Of a stretch of 20,000 bases of DNA, positions 8,131-16,420 are shown piece after piece; position 1 is the first letter of the stretch, and each line of letters opens with the position of its first letter. The notes beneath the pieces are model-generated. The model was not told the DNA's origin, did not search any database, and was given only the letters and a program-made list of their open reading frames with translations. Origin of the DNA: an uncultured virus (IMG/VR IMGVR_UViG_3300006217_003352) (lineage: Duplodnaviria; Heunggongvirae; Uroviricota; Caudoviricetes); the IMG/VR virus record IMGVR_UViG_3300006217_003352, one strand, 5' to 3'. The position numbers and the translations under genes are program-made.

Positions 8131-8176
8131 ATCATACAACTTTGCTTTTCTTTTGTCAATGCCCAAAAACTGCCCT
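8131..8176 (-). promoter_or_regulatory. Probable late promoter with upstream GGGCA direct repeats
   Basis: TTGACA (8159-8154), 17 nt, TATGAT (8136-8131); two GGGCA repeats just upstream of the -35, immediately after the late-activator gene. Confidence 0.65.
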
Positions 8177-8182
8177 TGCATT

Positions 8183-8779
8183 TTAGAACAGAATGATGTC
8201 CGAAAGGTCGATACCAAAGAACAGTCCCGAAAGGTCCTGTATGGCTACGTTCAAATCTTTGAACACCGTGCGTGTATTGATATGTTCAATGTCTGCTACG
8301 TCGTCGGGGCTTCCTACGTTGTCCGTAAGGTACATCGCTTCCAATACTCTCCACCTTCTCCTAACCTCTTCCCTCTCCGAGTTAAGGCACTTGTTCTTGT
8401 AGAGTTCAAGCATTGTGTCAATGTGTCCCAGTACCGTTTGCGTGAACACCATTCTGTCTTTGATGCTTTCCACCTTACGGCTTTCAAGGTTATCCATTCC
8501 CATACTCTCAAGGAATATCAACTCCTCTTCCGAAAGCAACTGCGTCAATTCGCTGACCGCGTTCCCGGCATAACTTTTCAACCACCTGTACTTTTTCACA
8601 AGTAGCCGCGTATTTTTCATACGGAAATCTTTTGCTTTTGCTCTCTGCTCTTCCATCTGGCGGTTGAACATTTCGATTGCTTTCTCCGTCGCATACTTCG
8701 AGATGAGATTAAGTACATTCTTCGGGATTGCCGAAAAATCATCCTGCGGCTTTTCTGTTGTTTTCGTTTCTTTGCTCAT
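8183..8779 (-). CDS. ArpU/RinA-like late transcriptional activator
   Basis: C-terminal sigma region 4-like HTH (RWRVLEAMYL...DDVADIEHINTRTVFKDLNVAIQDLS); canonical position at the end of the early operon; AGGAG RBS. Confidence 0.7.
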   Translation of the reverse strand: MSKETKTTEKPQDDFSAIPKNVLNLISKYATEKAIEMFNRQMEEQRAKAKDFRMKNTRLLVKKYRWLKSYAGNAVSELTQLLSEEELIFLESMGMDNLESRKVESIKDRMVFTQTVLGHIDTMLELYKNKCLNSEREEVRRRWRVLEAMYLTDNVGSPDDVADIEHINTRTVFKDLNVAIQDLSGLFFGIDLSDIILF

Positions 8780-8828
8780 AAGGCTTCTCCTTTCTGTGGC
8801 TGTATTCTTTACCTACCGGAGCAGGGAC

Positions 8829-9617
8829 TTAAAACAGTCCCCACTCCGCAAACTTCTCAAACCCACCCTTCTTCATAATGAAGTCTCTTGCCACTTCTAC
8901 AATTTCCGAATAGGGCTTGCCGTCGATTGTGTCGTCGCCTATGGCGCAGCACAATTCTACTGTCTTTCCTGTTTCCTGCGCTTTTAAGAACGCATAGATG
9001 TTTACCGATACGTCTGCTTTCGACAAATCCTTGCCGTGAAGCCCGCCGCCCGTTACTCCGTCCGCCATATCTGAACCGAGTTTCCTGTTCGTCGCGCCCG
9101 TGTCTACATTCGTTCCCCCTTCCCAATCCCCAAGCGGATTGACGATGGCTTTCGGGTAGACCTTCCTGATGTAATCGCTTTCGCAGTTGCTCTGACAGAT
9201 TATCATTCTGTCGCCGTCGAGAATGTACTTTCCGTCGTAAGGCACCATTTCGTAAATGCCGTGCGCCATATTCGATAATGCTCTTTGCTCTACCGTAAGC
9301 GGTACGCCCTTGAAAATGCCGTTGTCGCCGCACCTGATCTTGCCGCTTTGATTTTCTGCGAGATGAACATCTTGCTTTGCCTGTGCAATATCTACATTCA
9401 ATTCCGCGTCGCCTGTAATTCTTGTAACGGCCGCATAAATCTTTTCAGGGTCAATTACTACGGAACTTTCCGTGATAATATGACACGCGCCGTGTCCGAT
9501 AAGAACTTCAACTGCAACCTTCGGGTTTTTTTCTTGCGCATAAGCAAGGTCTACAATAGCACCTGCAATTCTGTCTGCCACCTTATCGGGATGGCTGGGG
9601 TTTACTTTTTCAATCAT
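8829..9617 (-). CDS. metK: Compact phage S-adenosylmethionine synthetase (MetK-like)
   Basis: EKVNPSHPDKVADRI (cf. ESVxxGHPDKxxDQI), CGDNG (cf. GAGDQG), YDGK, DTGATNRK (cf. DxGLTGRK), GGGLHGKDLSKAD (cf. GGGAFSGKDPxKVD). Confidence 0.85.
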   Translation of the reverse strand: MIEKVNPSHPDKVADRIAGAIVDLAYAQEKNPKVAVEVLIGHGACHIITESSVVIDPEKIYAAVTRITGDAELNVDIAQAKQDVHLAENQSGKIRCGDNGIFKGVPLTVEQRALSNMAHGIYEMVPYDGKYILDGDRMIICQSNCESDYIRKVYPKAIVNPLGDWEGGTNVDTGATNRKLGSDMADGVTGGGLHGKDLSKADVSVNIYAFLKAQETGKTVELCCAIGDDTIDGKPYSEIVEVARDFIMKKGGFEKFAEWGLF

Positions 9618-9943
9618 TGTTTGTCTCCTTTATTTTGATTTTTTTGTTCTTCGAGTTTTCTGTAAGCGCCCGCCGCCGTGAACATTACCTGCATAAGTTC
9701 GTCAAGCCTAACTGCAAGCATAATCTTCTCTTCCGGCACCGAGATAGATACTGTACCCAATTCGTAACTCGCTTTAATGTTTCCTTCGAGTACCTTGTGC
9801 TTAAACGTCTTTCCGTCGTCGTTGAAAACGAATCTTGCCACGTTTACCTTTGCACTTGCACCATCAAGCGGTCCTTCCTTCGGGTCGGTGTTTACCACCA
9901 CTTCGCACTCTTTACGTGCTTCCTGCTTTTCCTGCTGTTCCAT
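9614..9943 (-). CDS. Hypothetical phage protein
   Basis: ATG at 9943 with AGGAG RBS; ATGA overlap with the metK-like gene. Confidence 0.7.
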   Translation of the reverse strand: MEQQEKQEARKECEVVVNTDPKEGPLDGASAKVNVARFVFNDDGKTFKHKVLEGNIKASYELGTVSISVPEEKIMLAVRLDELMQVMFTAAGAYRKLEEQKNQNKGDKQ

Positions 9944-9957
9944 AGTCAAATCTCCTA

Positions 9958-10239
9958 TTATATTTTTTCGCCCAGAGAGCAAAATTGACTTTCTTCAAAT
10001 GTTCTTGCCGCGCCGCCTTCAAAATGACTGTTTTTGTCACACCACTTTTCTTCGACGTGGTAGAACTTGCAGTCCTTGCATCGGACTATTGTTCTCTTGT
10101 TCCAATATTCTACCGCTTCCGATCTGAAACTAAATGTCGGACTTGATGCACCGCAGTCCCTGCAGACCGCTTTCATCTTTTTCCTTCCTATAATTTCTGC
10201 AACTCCGCCGCAAAACGGACATTTGTTCAATCCTTCCAT
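9958..10239 (-). CDS. Lar-family restriction alleviation / zinc-ribbon protein
   Basis: LNKCPFCGG...CRDCGAS...EAVEYWNKR Lar signature plus a second CKDC..WC..FCS Cys cluster; AGGAGG RBS. Confidence 0.75.
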   Translation of the reverse strand: MEGLNKCPFCGGVAEIIGRKKMKAVCRDCGASSPTFSFRSEAVEYWNKRTIVRCKDCKFYHVEEKWCDKNSHFEGGAARTFEESQFCSLGEKI

Positions 10240-10248
10240 TACTACCTC

Positions 10249-10650
10249 CTAAAACGGTAAATCGTCATTATCGTCATAAGCGTTTTGGGCAGGTCTCTCA
10301 TCAGGTATATCGTCAGGGTAGTAATCATTGTCAGTCTTCGGAGTAAGGAAGTCCACATCCTGAACGATAATATCAACCGTATTATGCTTCACTCCCTTAT
10401 TGTCTTCATACGTTCTCGTTTCGATATTGCCCGTAATTCCGACCTTATGTCCTTTCTTGCAATACTTCCCTATCGTTTCCCCTAAACCTCGCCACACTAC
10501 GCAGTTGAAGAAATCCGTCTTGCGTTCCCCATCGGAGCCGTAGTAGTTGCGTTTAACCGCTATAGAGAACCTGCACACAGATACCCCACTTGCCGTTTCG
10601 GTTAATTCAGGGTCTCGCGTGAGATTTCCGATAAGTTCTACCTTATTCAC
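10249..10650 (-). CDS. ssb: Single-stranded DNA-binding protein
   Basis: NKVELIGNLTRDPEL OB-fold start, acidic tail ending DDLPF; GTG at 10650 with AGGAG RBS. Confidence 0.95.
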   Translation of the reverse strand: MNKVELIGNLTRDPELTETASGVSVCRFSIAVKRNYYGSDGERKTDFFNCVVWRGLGETIGKYCKKGHKVGITGNIETRTYEDNKGVKHNTVDIIVQDVDFLTPKTDNDYYPDDIPDERPAQNAYDDNDDLPF

Positions 10651-11072
10651 TCTGCTTTCTCCTTTGCCTGTCTGAAATAATTCTTCCAATCTTCCGAACA
10701 GTCAATCTCGTTCTGCTCGAACAGGTCTTCGATTTCTTCAATGAGCCGATTGACTTTTGCTCTACCGTCGTTATCCAAATAAGAATTACACGTTTCGTAA
10801 CAATACTTGGGCGGATCTACCCTTACCCCGTCAATCACTTCAAAGAACAGGAAACCGTCGAACAGTCCGCTGCATTGAAGATATTGCGGAAAAAGAGCCT
10901 GCGCCAGTGTCCTGATCTCCGTCGTCGAAACTTCCTTGACGTTCTTTTTAGCAATCCTTTCTACTTCTTCCCTGCTGAAATCGTAGTAGGAATAGCCCTT
11001 GCTTGTGATATTCTTCTTTCACTCCGTATAATCTACGGACAGGTCTTTGTTTAGTTCTATTCTTGTCGTCAT
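10647..11072 (-). pseudogene. Hypothetical gene (142 codons) interrupted by one in-frame TGA at codon 18
   Basis: AAGGAG RBS and ATG at 11072 give MTTRIELNKDLSVDYTE*KKNITSKG..., which continues in frame into the 10647..10838 ORF; TGA at 11021-11019. Confidence 0.75.
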
Positions 11073-11082
11073 AGCCTTCTCC

Positions 11083-11373
11083 TTAATCCAAATAATTCTT
11101 TCCGATGATTTTCATAAACTCTTCTCGGCTGTGAGTTTCCTCGAACTTTGCCTGACATTCTCGCTTTAACTTCAAATCAACTTCTCGGTTGAAATGCACT
11201 CCTTCGTTCGACATATTGTGGTGGAATCCGCACAGGAATACTTTGAACCCGTGCTTCTCGCTTTGCTTCCTGTTTGCCGTCCCGCCGAAAATATGATGCA
11301 AATGCAAATTATAGGTGGACCGGCAGAAATAACAGCATCTGGGCGCGTCGCTATTCTGCAAAATACTTTTCAC
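11083..11373 (-). CDS. HNH-like/zinc-binding phage nuclease (Ref-like)
   Basis: CYFC...HLHHIFGG...LCGFHH...GVH pattern; GTG at 11373 overlapping the upstream stop (GTGA). Confidence 0.65.
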   Translation of the reverse strand: MKSILQNSDAPRCCYFCRSTYNLHLHHIFGGTANRKQSEKHGFKVFLCGFHHNMSNEGVHFNREVDLKLKRECQAKFEETHSREEFMKIIGKNYLD

Positions 11374-11654
11374 TGATCCACACGCTCCCACAACGCTATC
11401 ATCTTGCCCGACATAATGCACTTTCTCTTTCCTACCACTTTTACCTTCCCTTCGTCCTTTAACTCTGTCAGGCGCGGCGCAACGAAATTTCTGTCGTAAT
11501 ATTTGATAATTCCTTCGTCAAGCAAAGCCTTTACGATTTCGCTTACCGTCATCTGCTTGTCTCCAAGAACAGCGAGAATAACATCGCTTCTATCTGCCCG
11601 CTTGCTTGTCACTGAATCATATCCGGCTCGTCGTGTTTCTTCTACGATACCCAT
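11370..11654 (-). CDS. Winged-helix DNA-binding protein
   Basis: MTVSEIVKAL...VAPRLTELKDEGKVKVVGKR wHTH pattern; AGGAGG RBS. Confidence 0.7.
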   Translation of the reverse strand: MGIVEETRRAGYDSVTSKRADRSDVILAVLGDKQMTVSEIVKALLDEGIIKYYDRNFVAPRLTELKDEGKVKVVGKRKCIMSGKMIALWERVDQ

Positions 11655-11789
11655 ACTTCAACCTCCTGTTTTAATTGATATTTTGATTGCTTTATTACTT
11701 ACTGATTGCCACTGGTTGCCTTTTGGTAACGCCCAGCGGATAAAGTGTTTATCTACCAAGAAATGCCCAAATAGCCGCTTTACAGCCGT

Positions 11790-12212
11790 CTAACCGTTAA
11801 CTTCCGTTAGCGTAACAACGACCTTCGGTTCATCTGCGTACAGTTTCTTAACCGACAGTTCATAGATTTGAGCATCATCCTTGTATGCAATGCCATTCAG
11901 CGAGTCCAACACTATCTTTGCGAGATTGTCGCAATCGACTTTCTTTGTGTACTTGATCTCGCCGGCAAGCATTAACGCTCTGTTCTTTTTACTCGTCGAT
12001 TTCGGAATAGGAAAGAAAGCAACGATTTCTGCCTGAATTGCGCCTTCGAGAAAGGTCTTGTCTTTGCATATCTGATACATCACTCTGACGTAATTCTCAT
12101 AGGTTGCCGTTTCTTTGGGAGTATAAGCGTGAGCGAATCCGCCCTGCATTGTTACTTTCGGGCGCATCTTACCTTTCGGCTGTCCGGGAATGGTAAACGT
12201 AACACTTTTCAT
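11790..12212 (-). CDS. rusA: RusA-family Holliday junction resolvase
   Basis: IPGQPKGKMRP, KVDCDNLAKIVLDSLNGIAYKDDAQI catalytic Asp pattern. Confidence 0.92.
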   Translation of the reverse strand: MKSVTFTIPGQPKGKMRPKVTMQGGFAHAYTPKETATYENYVRVMYQICKDKTFLEGAIQAEIVAFFPIPKSTSKKNRALMLAGEIKYTKKVDCDNLAKIVLDSLNGIAYKDDAQIYELSVKKLYADEPKVVVTLTEVNG

Positions 12213-12397
12213 CTGTCTGCCGTCTCCCCGTTTCTGTCTGTTACAATTACCGTGTAATCTACCGACTTCCCTGTTTCGGTGCGCTTCTTTTTGCCCTGTC
12301 TGACCGTATAACCGTTTTCAAACAGAATTGCCGCAACGGTTTTTCTGTCGTCTTTGCTGAATATTTTCAACTCTGCGATGAACTCTTCGTTTTTCAT
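12209..12397 (-). CDS. Hypothetical phage protein (62 aa)
   Basis: Start and stop overlap both neighbours; AGGAG RBS. Confidence 0.7.
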   Translation of the reverse strand: MKNEEFIAELKIFSKDDRKTVAAILFENGYTVRQGKKKRTETGKSVDYTVIVTDRNGETADR

Positions 12398-13281
12398 CAG
12401 TCATCTCCTTCTAAAAATGATTTCATTTTGTCGAATCTCTCTTTGGCTTCAATTCGTCTTCTCGATGAACCTTCAAATTTAATCGGATAGCACATTTCAA
12501 ATACCCTGTCATAGATTCGAGCATACCGAATGTCCGTGTTCTCCTTCATTTCTTTTAACGTCAAGTTTGTCGTGAGTATGATAGGTTTCTGCGAACGGTA
12601 TCTGCTGTCAATCACGTTGTAGACTTTTTCCAATGCAAAGTCCGTATTTCGCTCGGCGCCCAGATCGTCTAATATGAGTAAATCAGGCTCCGTCAGTCTG
12701 TCAATCAGTTCTTCTTCGTCTCCATTCTTGAAAGACGAAAACTGCTGCAGTATTTTAACGAACGATGTCATTACCACTGGACGAAGGCAACTCATAACGT
12801 GATTTCCAATGCAAGCAGCCGCAAACGATTTTCCCGTGCCTACGTTCCCGTAAAATAATAGTCCTTGATTATCTTCAAGCATCTGTTGGAACGCTCTGCA
12901 ATATTTAGCACACGCATTGTAGATTTTTCTGTTATCGTCCGTGATGTCGAAGTTCTTGAACGTCGCCTTATAAAAAACTTCGTCCATAAGCGATACACTG
13001 CGCAGTCTTGCAATTCTCGCCATTTTTTCTTCATACCGTTTCTGCTTTTCTATTCGCTCTTTCTCATCACGAATGCACTTGCAATCACGTGAAGTTAAAA
13101 TCTGATGTCCGTGCCATTCAAAGTATTCTCGCTTCGGCTCTTTACACTTGCCGCAATGTAGGAACCCGTCTTTCATAAAGTCGCCTTCCTTTTCAGGGTT
13201 AGCATCTATTGACCGTTTGCAGGCGAGTTCCATCGTTTCAAGCCAGTTTTGCTCGTCAAGTATCGAACCTATCTGTTTCAT
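12397..13281 (-). CDS. DnaC/IstB-like AAA+ helicase loader
   Basis: N-terminal Zn motif (CGKC...CKC), Walker A GNVGTGKS, Walker B LLILDDLG, TTNL, RIYDRV. Confidence 0.92.
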   Translation of the reverse strand: MKQIGSILDEQNWLETMELACKRSIDANPEKEGDFMKDGFLHCGKCKEPKREYFEWHGHQILTSRDCKCIRDEKERIEKQKRYEEKMARIARLRSVSLMDEVFYKATFKNFDITDDNRKIYNACAKYCRAFQQMLEDNQGLLFYGNVGTGKSFAAACIGNHVMSCLRPVVMTSFVKILQQFSSFKNGDEEELIDRLTEPDLLILDDLGAERNTDFALEKVYNVIDSRYRSQKPIILTTNLTLKEMKENTDIRYARIYDRVFEMCYPIKFEGSSRRRIEAKERFDKMKSFLEGDD

Positions 13282-13289
13282 ACCTCCTC

Positions 13290-14000
13290 CTATTCGTCAA
13301 ACGGATTTCTTCCGTCATCCGGCGTGTCGTTCTGCGCCGTAAACAGTTTCGGGTATTCCTTTTGCGCTTTATCTACCACCCAGTTGAGAATGGCGCGGTA
13401 GTCGCTTTTATAGGTCTTTCCGCTACTCCCTTTGTAGTTATCAAGCAACTCGATGAGCTTCTCCGTCGCTTTCTCTCCGTACTTATCAACAAGACTTTGA
13501 TACTCGCGCTCCTCCATACTGACAAACTCTGCATATTTCTTTTTGCTGGGGTCGTCGTCAGTTTTCTTTTTACGTTTCGGCGCAGGATTTCCCTGTTCTT
13601 CCGTCTGCGGTACGTTTTCCTCTATGTCCGGCTTATCAGGTGTGAGCGTTCCCCGTTTATCGAAAACGGGTTTCGCTCTTCCCGCAAAGTTGTCAGACCA
13701 TACTATCTTTCTCGTAGTCCACAACTCTTTGTCTATCGCGTCGATATTTGCAAGTAGGTCTAAAATTGCTATTGCCTTATCCTTGTCAACTCTCGCAAGC
13801 GATACAAAATACTCCCAATCTTTCAGTACCGAAAAATCTGCATAAAGTTCTTTCTGCGTACCCATAAACTCCAACAGCTTGAACCATAACGCATAACCGT
13901 CATTTCCAAAACTGTTCTGCACCGTAAACAGGGTAGGACCAGTCGCAGCGTGAACGTCGTGCGTAAAATAATCGACCCCTATTTTTGGCAATCTTCCCAT
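13290..14000 (-). CDS. Phage replication initiator (DUF4373/Lin1244-like N-terminus)
   Basis: MGR..KIGVDYFTHD...FGNDGYALWFKLLE N-terminus, YKSDYRAILNW C-terminal domain; upstream of the DnaC-like loader. Confidence 0.78.
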   Translation of the reverse strand: MGRLPKIGVDYFTHDVHAATGPTLFTVQNSFGNDGYALWFKLLEFMGTQKELYADFSVLKDWEYFVSLARVDKDKAIAILDLLANIDAIDKELWTTRKIVWSDNFAGRAKPVFDKRGTLTPDKPDIEENVPQTEEQGNPAPKRKKKTDDDPSKKKYAEFVSMEEREYQSLVDKYGEKATEKLIELLDNYKGSSGKTYKSDYRAILNWVVDKAQKEYPKLFTAQNDTPDDGRNPFDE

Positions 14001-14018
14001 TATGACGCTCCTCGCGGA

Positions 14019-14939
14019 TTATTCTGCGTCGCCGTTGTCGTCGCCTTTGTTGCCGCCGCTTTTATCCTGCTCGATTTGAGCCATAATTCTGTCGTATTGC
14101 GCTTTCTTTAATTCCGTAGTGGATTCTACGTTTTCTGCTTTAAGGAACTCTTTGACTTTGGCATTTCCCGCTTCCTTTCCGCCGTAAACTTCCTGCGCAA
14201 ATGCGAACATTTCTTTTCTTTCGTCCTGCGTAATAACTCTGTTGTCTTCGGGAAGTTCAACGGTTGTCTCCCCTTCCACAACCACGCCGTCTGCGTCGAT
14301 AACCTGAATCTTTCCTTCATCATCTGCGCGAACGAGACCAGACGAAATGAGTTCTTCTTCTGCATACAACCCTTCGTAATCGGAAGGGAACGCATCGCGC
14401 AAACACTGGGCAATGGCAACTTTGTTTATCATCGTCGCCGGCTTACTCTTCCAGTTCGCCATACCCTTGTTGTATTCAGAAAGCGAAACCTCTCTGAACG
14501 CTTCCAACTTGATGTTTTTCTTGATGTAGAAAACGCGGCACCATCCGCCGATAAGTTCTTCCGTAGGATACAGGCAGCATCCTTTCTTCTGAACCACCGT
14601 ATTCCCGCGAACGACAACGATGCCGTCTTCCTTTCCGAGATAATTCGGGTTCAGGAAAGCCCGCTTATTGTAGGAATCCTTGCCTACAACCATCTGCGCA
14701 GGCTCGTCTTTGCTGTACTTGATGAGATAAACTTCTCCGTTTGCCAGCGGATTGAGTTTCTGCATCTTGCAGGTGTTGATAAACATAACCAACTCTTGAT
14801 CCGTAACCAGTTCGGAACGTCCTCTGACAAGATACTTCTTTACGAAGTCTATATCGAGTTGTACGCTCGTGCCGCAGATTTCGTAACTTACCTGCAAAGC
14901 GTTCTGCTCTACCGTACTTAAAGCCTTATTCTGTTCCAT
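14019..14939 (-). CDS. bet: RecT/Bet-family single-strand annealing recombinase
   Basis: CKMQKLNPLANGEVYLIKY, GGWCRV, WKSKPATMINKVAIAQCLRDAFP motifs. Confidence 0.9.
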   Translation of the reverse strand: MEQNKALSTVEQNALQVSYEICGTSVQLDIDFVKKYLVRGRSELVTDQELVMFINTCKMQKLNPLANGEVYLIKYSKDEPAQMVVGKDSYNKRAFLNPNYLGKEDGIVVVRGNTVVQKKGCCLYPTEELIGGWCRVFYIKKNIKLEAFREVSLSEYNKGMANWKSKPATMINKVAIAQCLRDAFPSDYEGLYAEEELISSGLVRADDEGKIQVIDADGVVVEGETTVELPEDNRVITQDERKEMFAFAQEVYGGKEAGNAKVKEFLKAENVESTTELKKAQYDRIMAQIEQDKSGGNKGDDNGDAE

Positions 14940-14954
14940 TTTGAAAACCTCAGA

Positions 14955-15674
14955 TTATTTCCTGAAAGATAATTTTGCGACAGATTTGTACTGGATGCCG
15001 GGTATCTTAATCTGCCCTTTCGATGCCCGAATGAGTTTGAGAATTGCTTTCGTATCTACGGGTCTGATGCACATACCCGCAAAATCGACGGGAACTTTGC
15101 CGTCGTCTACCGCCGTGATTTCCCAATCGATACTGGACGACGTGCCGTCCGCCTTAATCTTCGGCGCTTCCACGATTACGTTCCTGCTCGCGCTGTCTAC
15201 GATGTCCGCTTCCATAAGCGCCGCTTCCGCTTCATCCTGCTTGCCGCTCGCTTCGAGAGCCATTGCTTCCTGCAACTTCTTTTCAGCTTCCGCTTCGGCA
15301 AGACGTTTTACGCGCTCTTCCTCTTCGCGTCTTTTGCGTTCCTGCTCCATTACGTAGTCGCCCATAACCTGCTTGACCGTTTTCTCTGCTGCAATGAGCG
15401 GCGCGAGCATTTCTTTTTCACGGGTGCAGATGTTCTGGTGCGCTTCGTGAGCCGCCTTCTTCATCGGTGCAAAAAATTCGATAATCTGCGCCGATTTCTG
15501 TTTGATGAGCCTTCCGAACGCCGCAGCGTCTTCGTAGTCGCCTTGCGTTGCAATCGTAATCTGCCCCGCTCTCTCTTCGACTGCGGTGACTTCTCTGCTC
15601 ATCTCCGCTTCCGCAACCGTTTTACCTTCAACAACTTCGGGCAATACGGCCACAACCTGTTCTTCCTGTTCCAT
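14955..15674 (-). CDS. Coiled-coil phage protein of the recombination module
   Basis: ATG at 15674 with AGGAGG RBS; long helical E/K/A-rich region and IPGIQY C-terminus; lies between the exonuclease and recombinase genes. Confidence 0.7.
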   Translation of the reverse strand: MEQEEQVVAVLPEVVEGKTVAEAEMSREVTAVEERAGQITIATQGDYEDAAAFGRLIKQKSAQIIEFFAPMKKAAHEAHQNICTREKEMLAPLIAAEKTVKQVMGDYVMEQERKRREEEERVKRLAEAEAEKKLQEAMALEASGKQDEAEAALMEADIVDSASRNVIVEAPKIKADGTSSSIDWEITAVDDGKVPVDFAGMCIRPVDTKAILKLIRASKGQIKIPGIQYKSVAKLSFRK

Positions 15675-15684
15675 TTGAAACCTC

Positions 15685-16293
15685 CTACTGATTTTTTTTG
15701 ATAAAGCGGTACACATCAAGTAACTCGGTAAATACCTTCCAACTTTCTGCATCTGTTATCGGGTGCTGTTCCGCGTGATACGTCCCGTCTTTTCTGGATT
15801 GAATGATGAGTTTGCGCTCAAACTTTACATCGTGGCTTTCAAACGCCTTTTTGTACGCTTCGAGCTGAACTCTTGTGAGTACCTTCGCAACCGTCGCGGT
15901 AGTCTTGAAATCGACCAGCGTCGGCACGTCGTCTATATAGCACGGCAAATCTGCCGTTCCTGCATAGTTAAGCGTTTTGTGATATATTCTGCACTCCGTC
16001 TTAATGGGTACAGGCTTAACTTCGTCTATCCACTTTTTGAACCCGTCGAAGTAGCCACGCAACTCCTTACTGATGTCTTCAATTCCAAACAACAGGTAGT
16101 TTTCTACCGCTGCGTGGACTATCGTTCCTCTGTTTGCGGCTTTGTTCAACGTATCTGTGTCTATTCCGCCGTAATGCGCTGCCGACAACGGTTTCATTAT
16201 TTCTGACACGCTTGGTACAACAAATCCGTTTACCGTGTACGTGTGTGTTTTCTCGCAAAACTGCAATTCTTTAAGTTCGGGTAGATTTATCAT
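15685..16293 (-). CDS. PD-(D/E)XK (Cas4/YqaJ-like) exonuclease
   Basis: PSVSEI, RGTIVH, YAGTAD, VDFKT, QLEAY motifs; partner of the RecT/Bet recombinase. Confidence 0.85.
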   Translation of the reverse strand: MINLPELKELQFCEKTHTYTVNGFVVPSVSEIMKPLSAAHYGGIDTDTLNKAANRGTIVHAAVENYLLFGIEDISKELRGYFDGFKKWIDEVKPVPIKTECRIYHKTLNYAGTADLPCYIDDVPTLVDFKTTATVAKVLTRVQLEAYKKAFESHDVKFERKLIIQSRKDGTYHAEQHPITDAESWKVFTELLDVYRFIKKNQ

Positions 16294-16420
16294 TCTTTGC
16301 TCCTTTTGTCATTATTCCGACGTTCAACTTTTCCGCTGATGCCATAGCCGCATTGAGTTCGCTTTCAGACTTGATCCCGAAAACTTCTTCGAGATATTTC
16401 AAAATGCTTTCCTTCGTCAT
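16271..16420 (-). CDS. Small hypothetical protein (49 aa)
   Basis: ATGA overlap with the upstream gene at 16417-16420; fills the operon gap. Confidence 0.55.
   Translation of the reverse strand: MTKESILKYLEEVFGIKSESELNAAMASAEKLNVGIMTKGAKNDKSTRT

Noticed and set aside
11019..11021. Genome-wide TGA reassignment (alternative genetic code) or a suppressor tRNA
   Set aside because: TGA is clearly used as a stop in many genes here (e.g. at 4135 and in the ATGA/GTGA overlaps), only one gene is interrupted, and the tRNA anticodon is CUU (Lys), not a suppressor.
11658..11792. Read-through extension of rusA (frame stays open about 43 codons after TAG)
   Set aside because: RusA is already full length and the extension has no recognisable features; this is plausible by chance.
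13290..14000. Replication origin iterons within the initiator gene
   Set aside because: Only short TTATC-type matches were seen, with no convincing tandem repeats by eye.
15685..16293. Cas4/CRISPR association of the exonuclease
   Set aside because: No repeat-spacer array or cas genes in the window; the context beside RecT/Bet indicates a phage recombination exonuclease.
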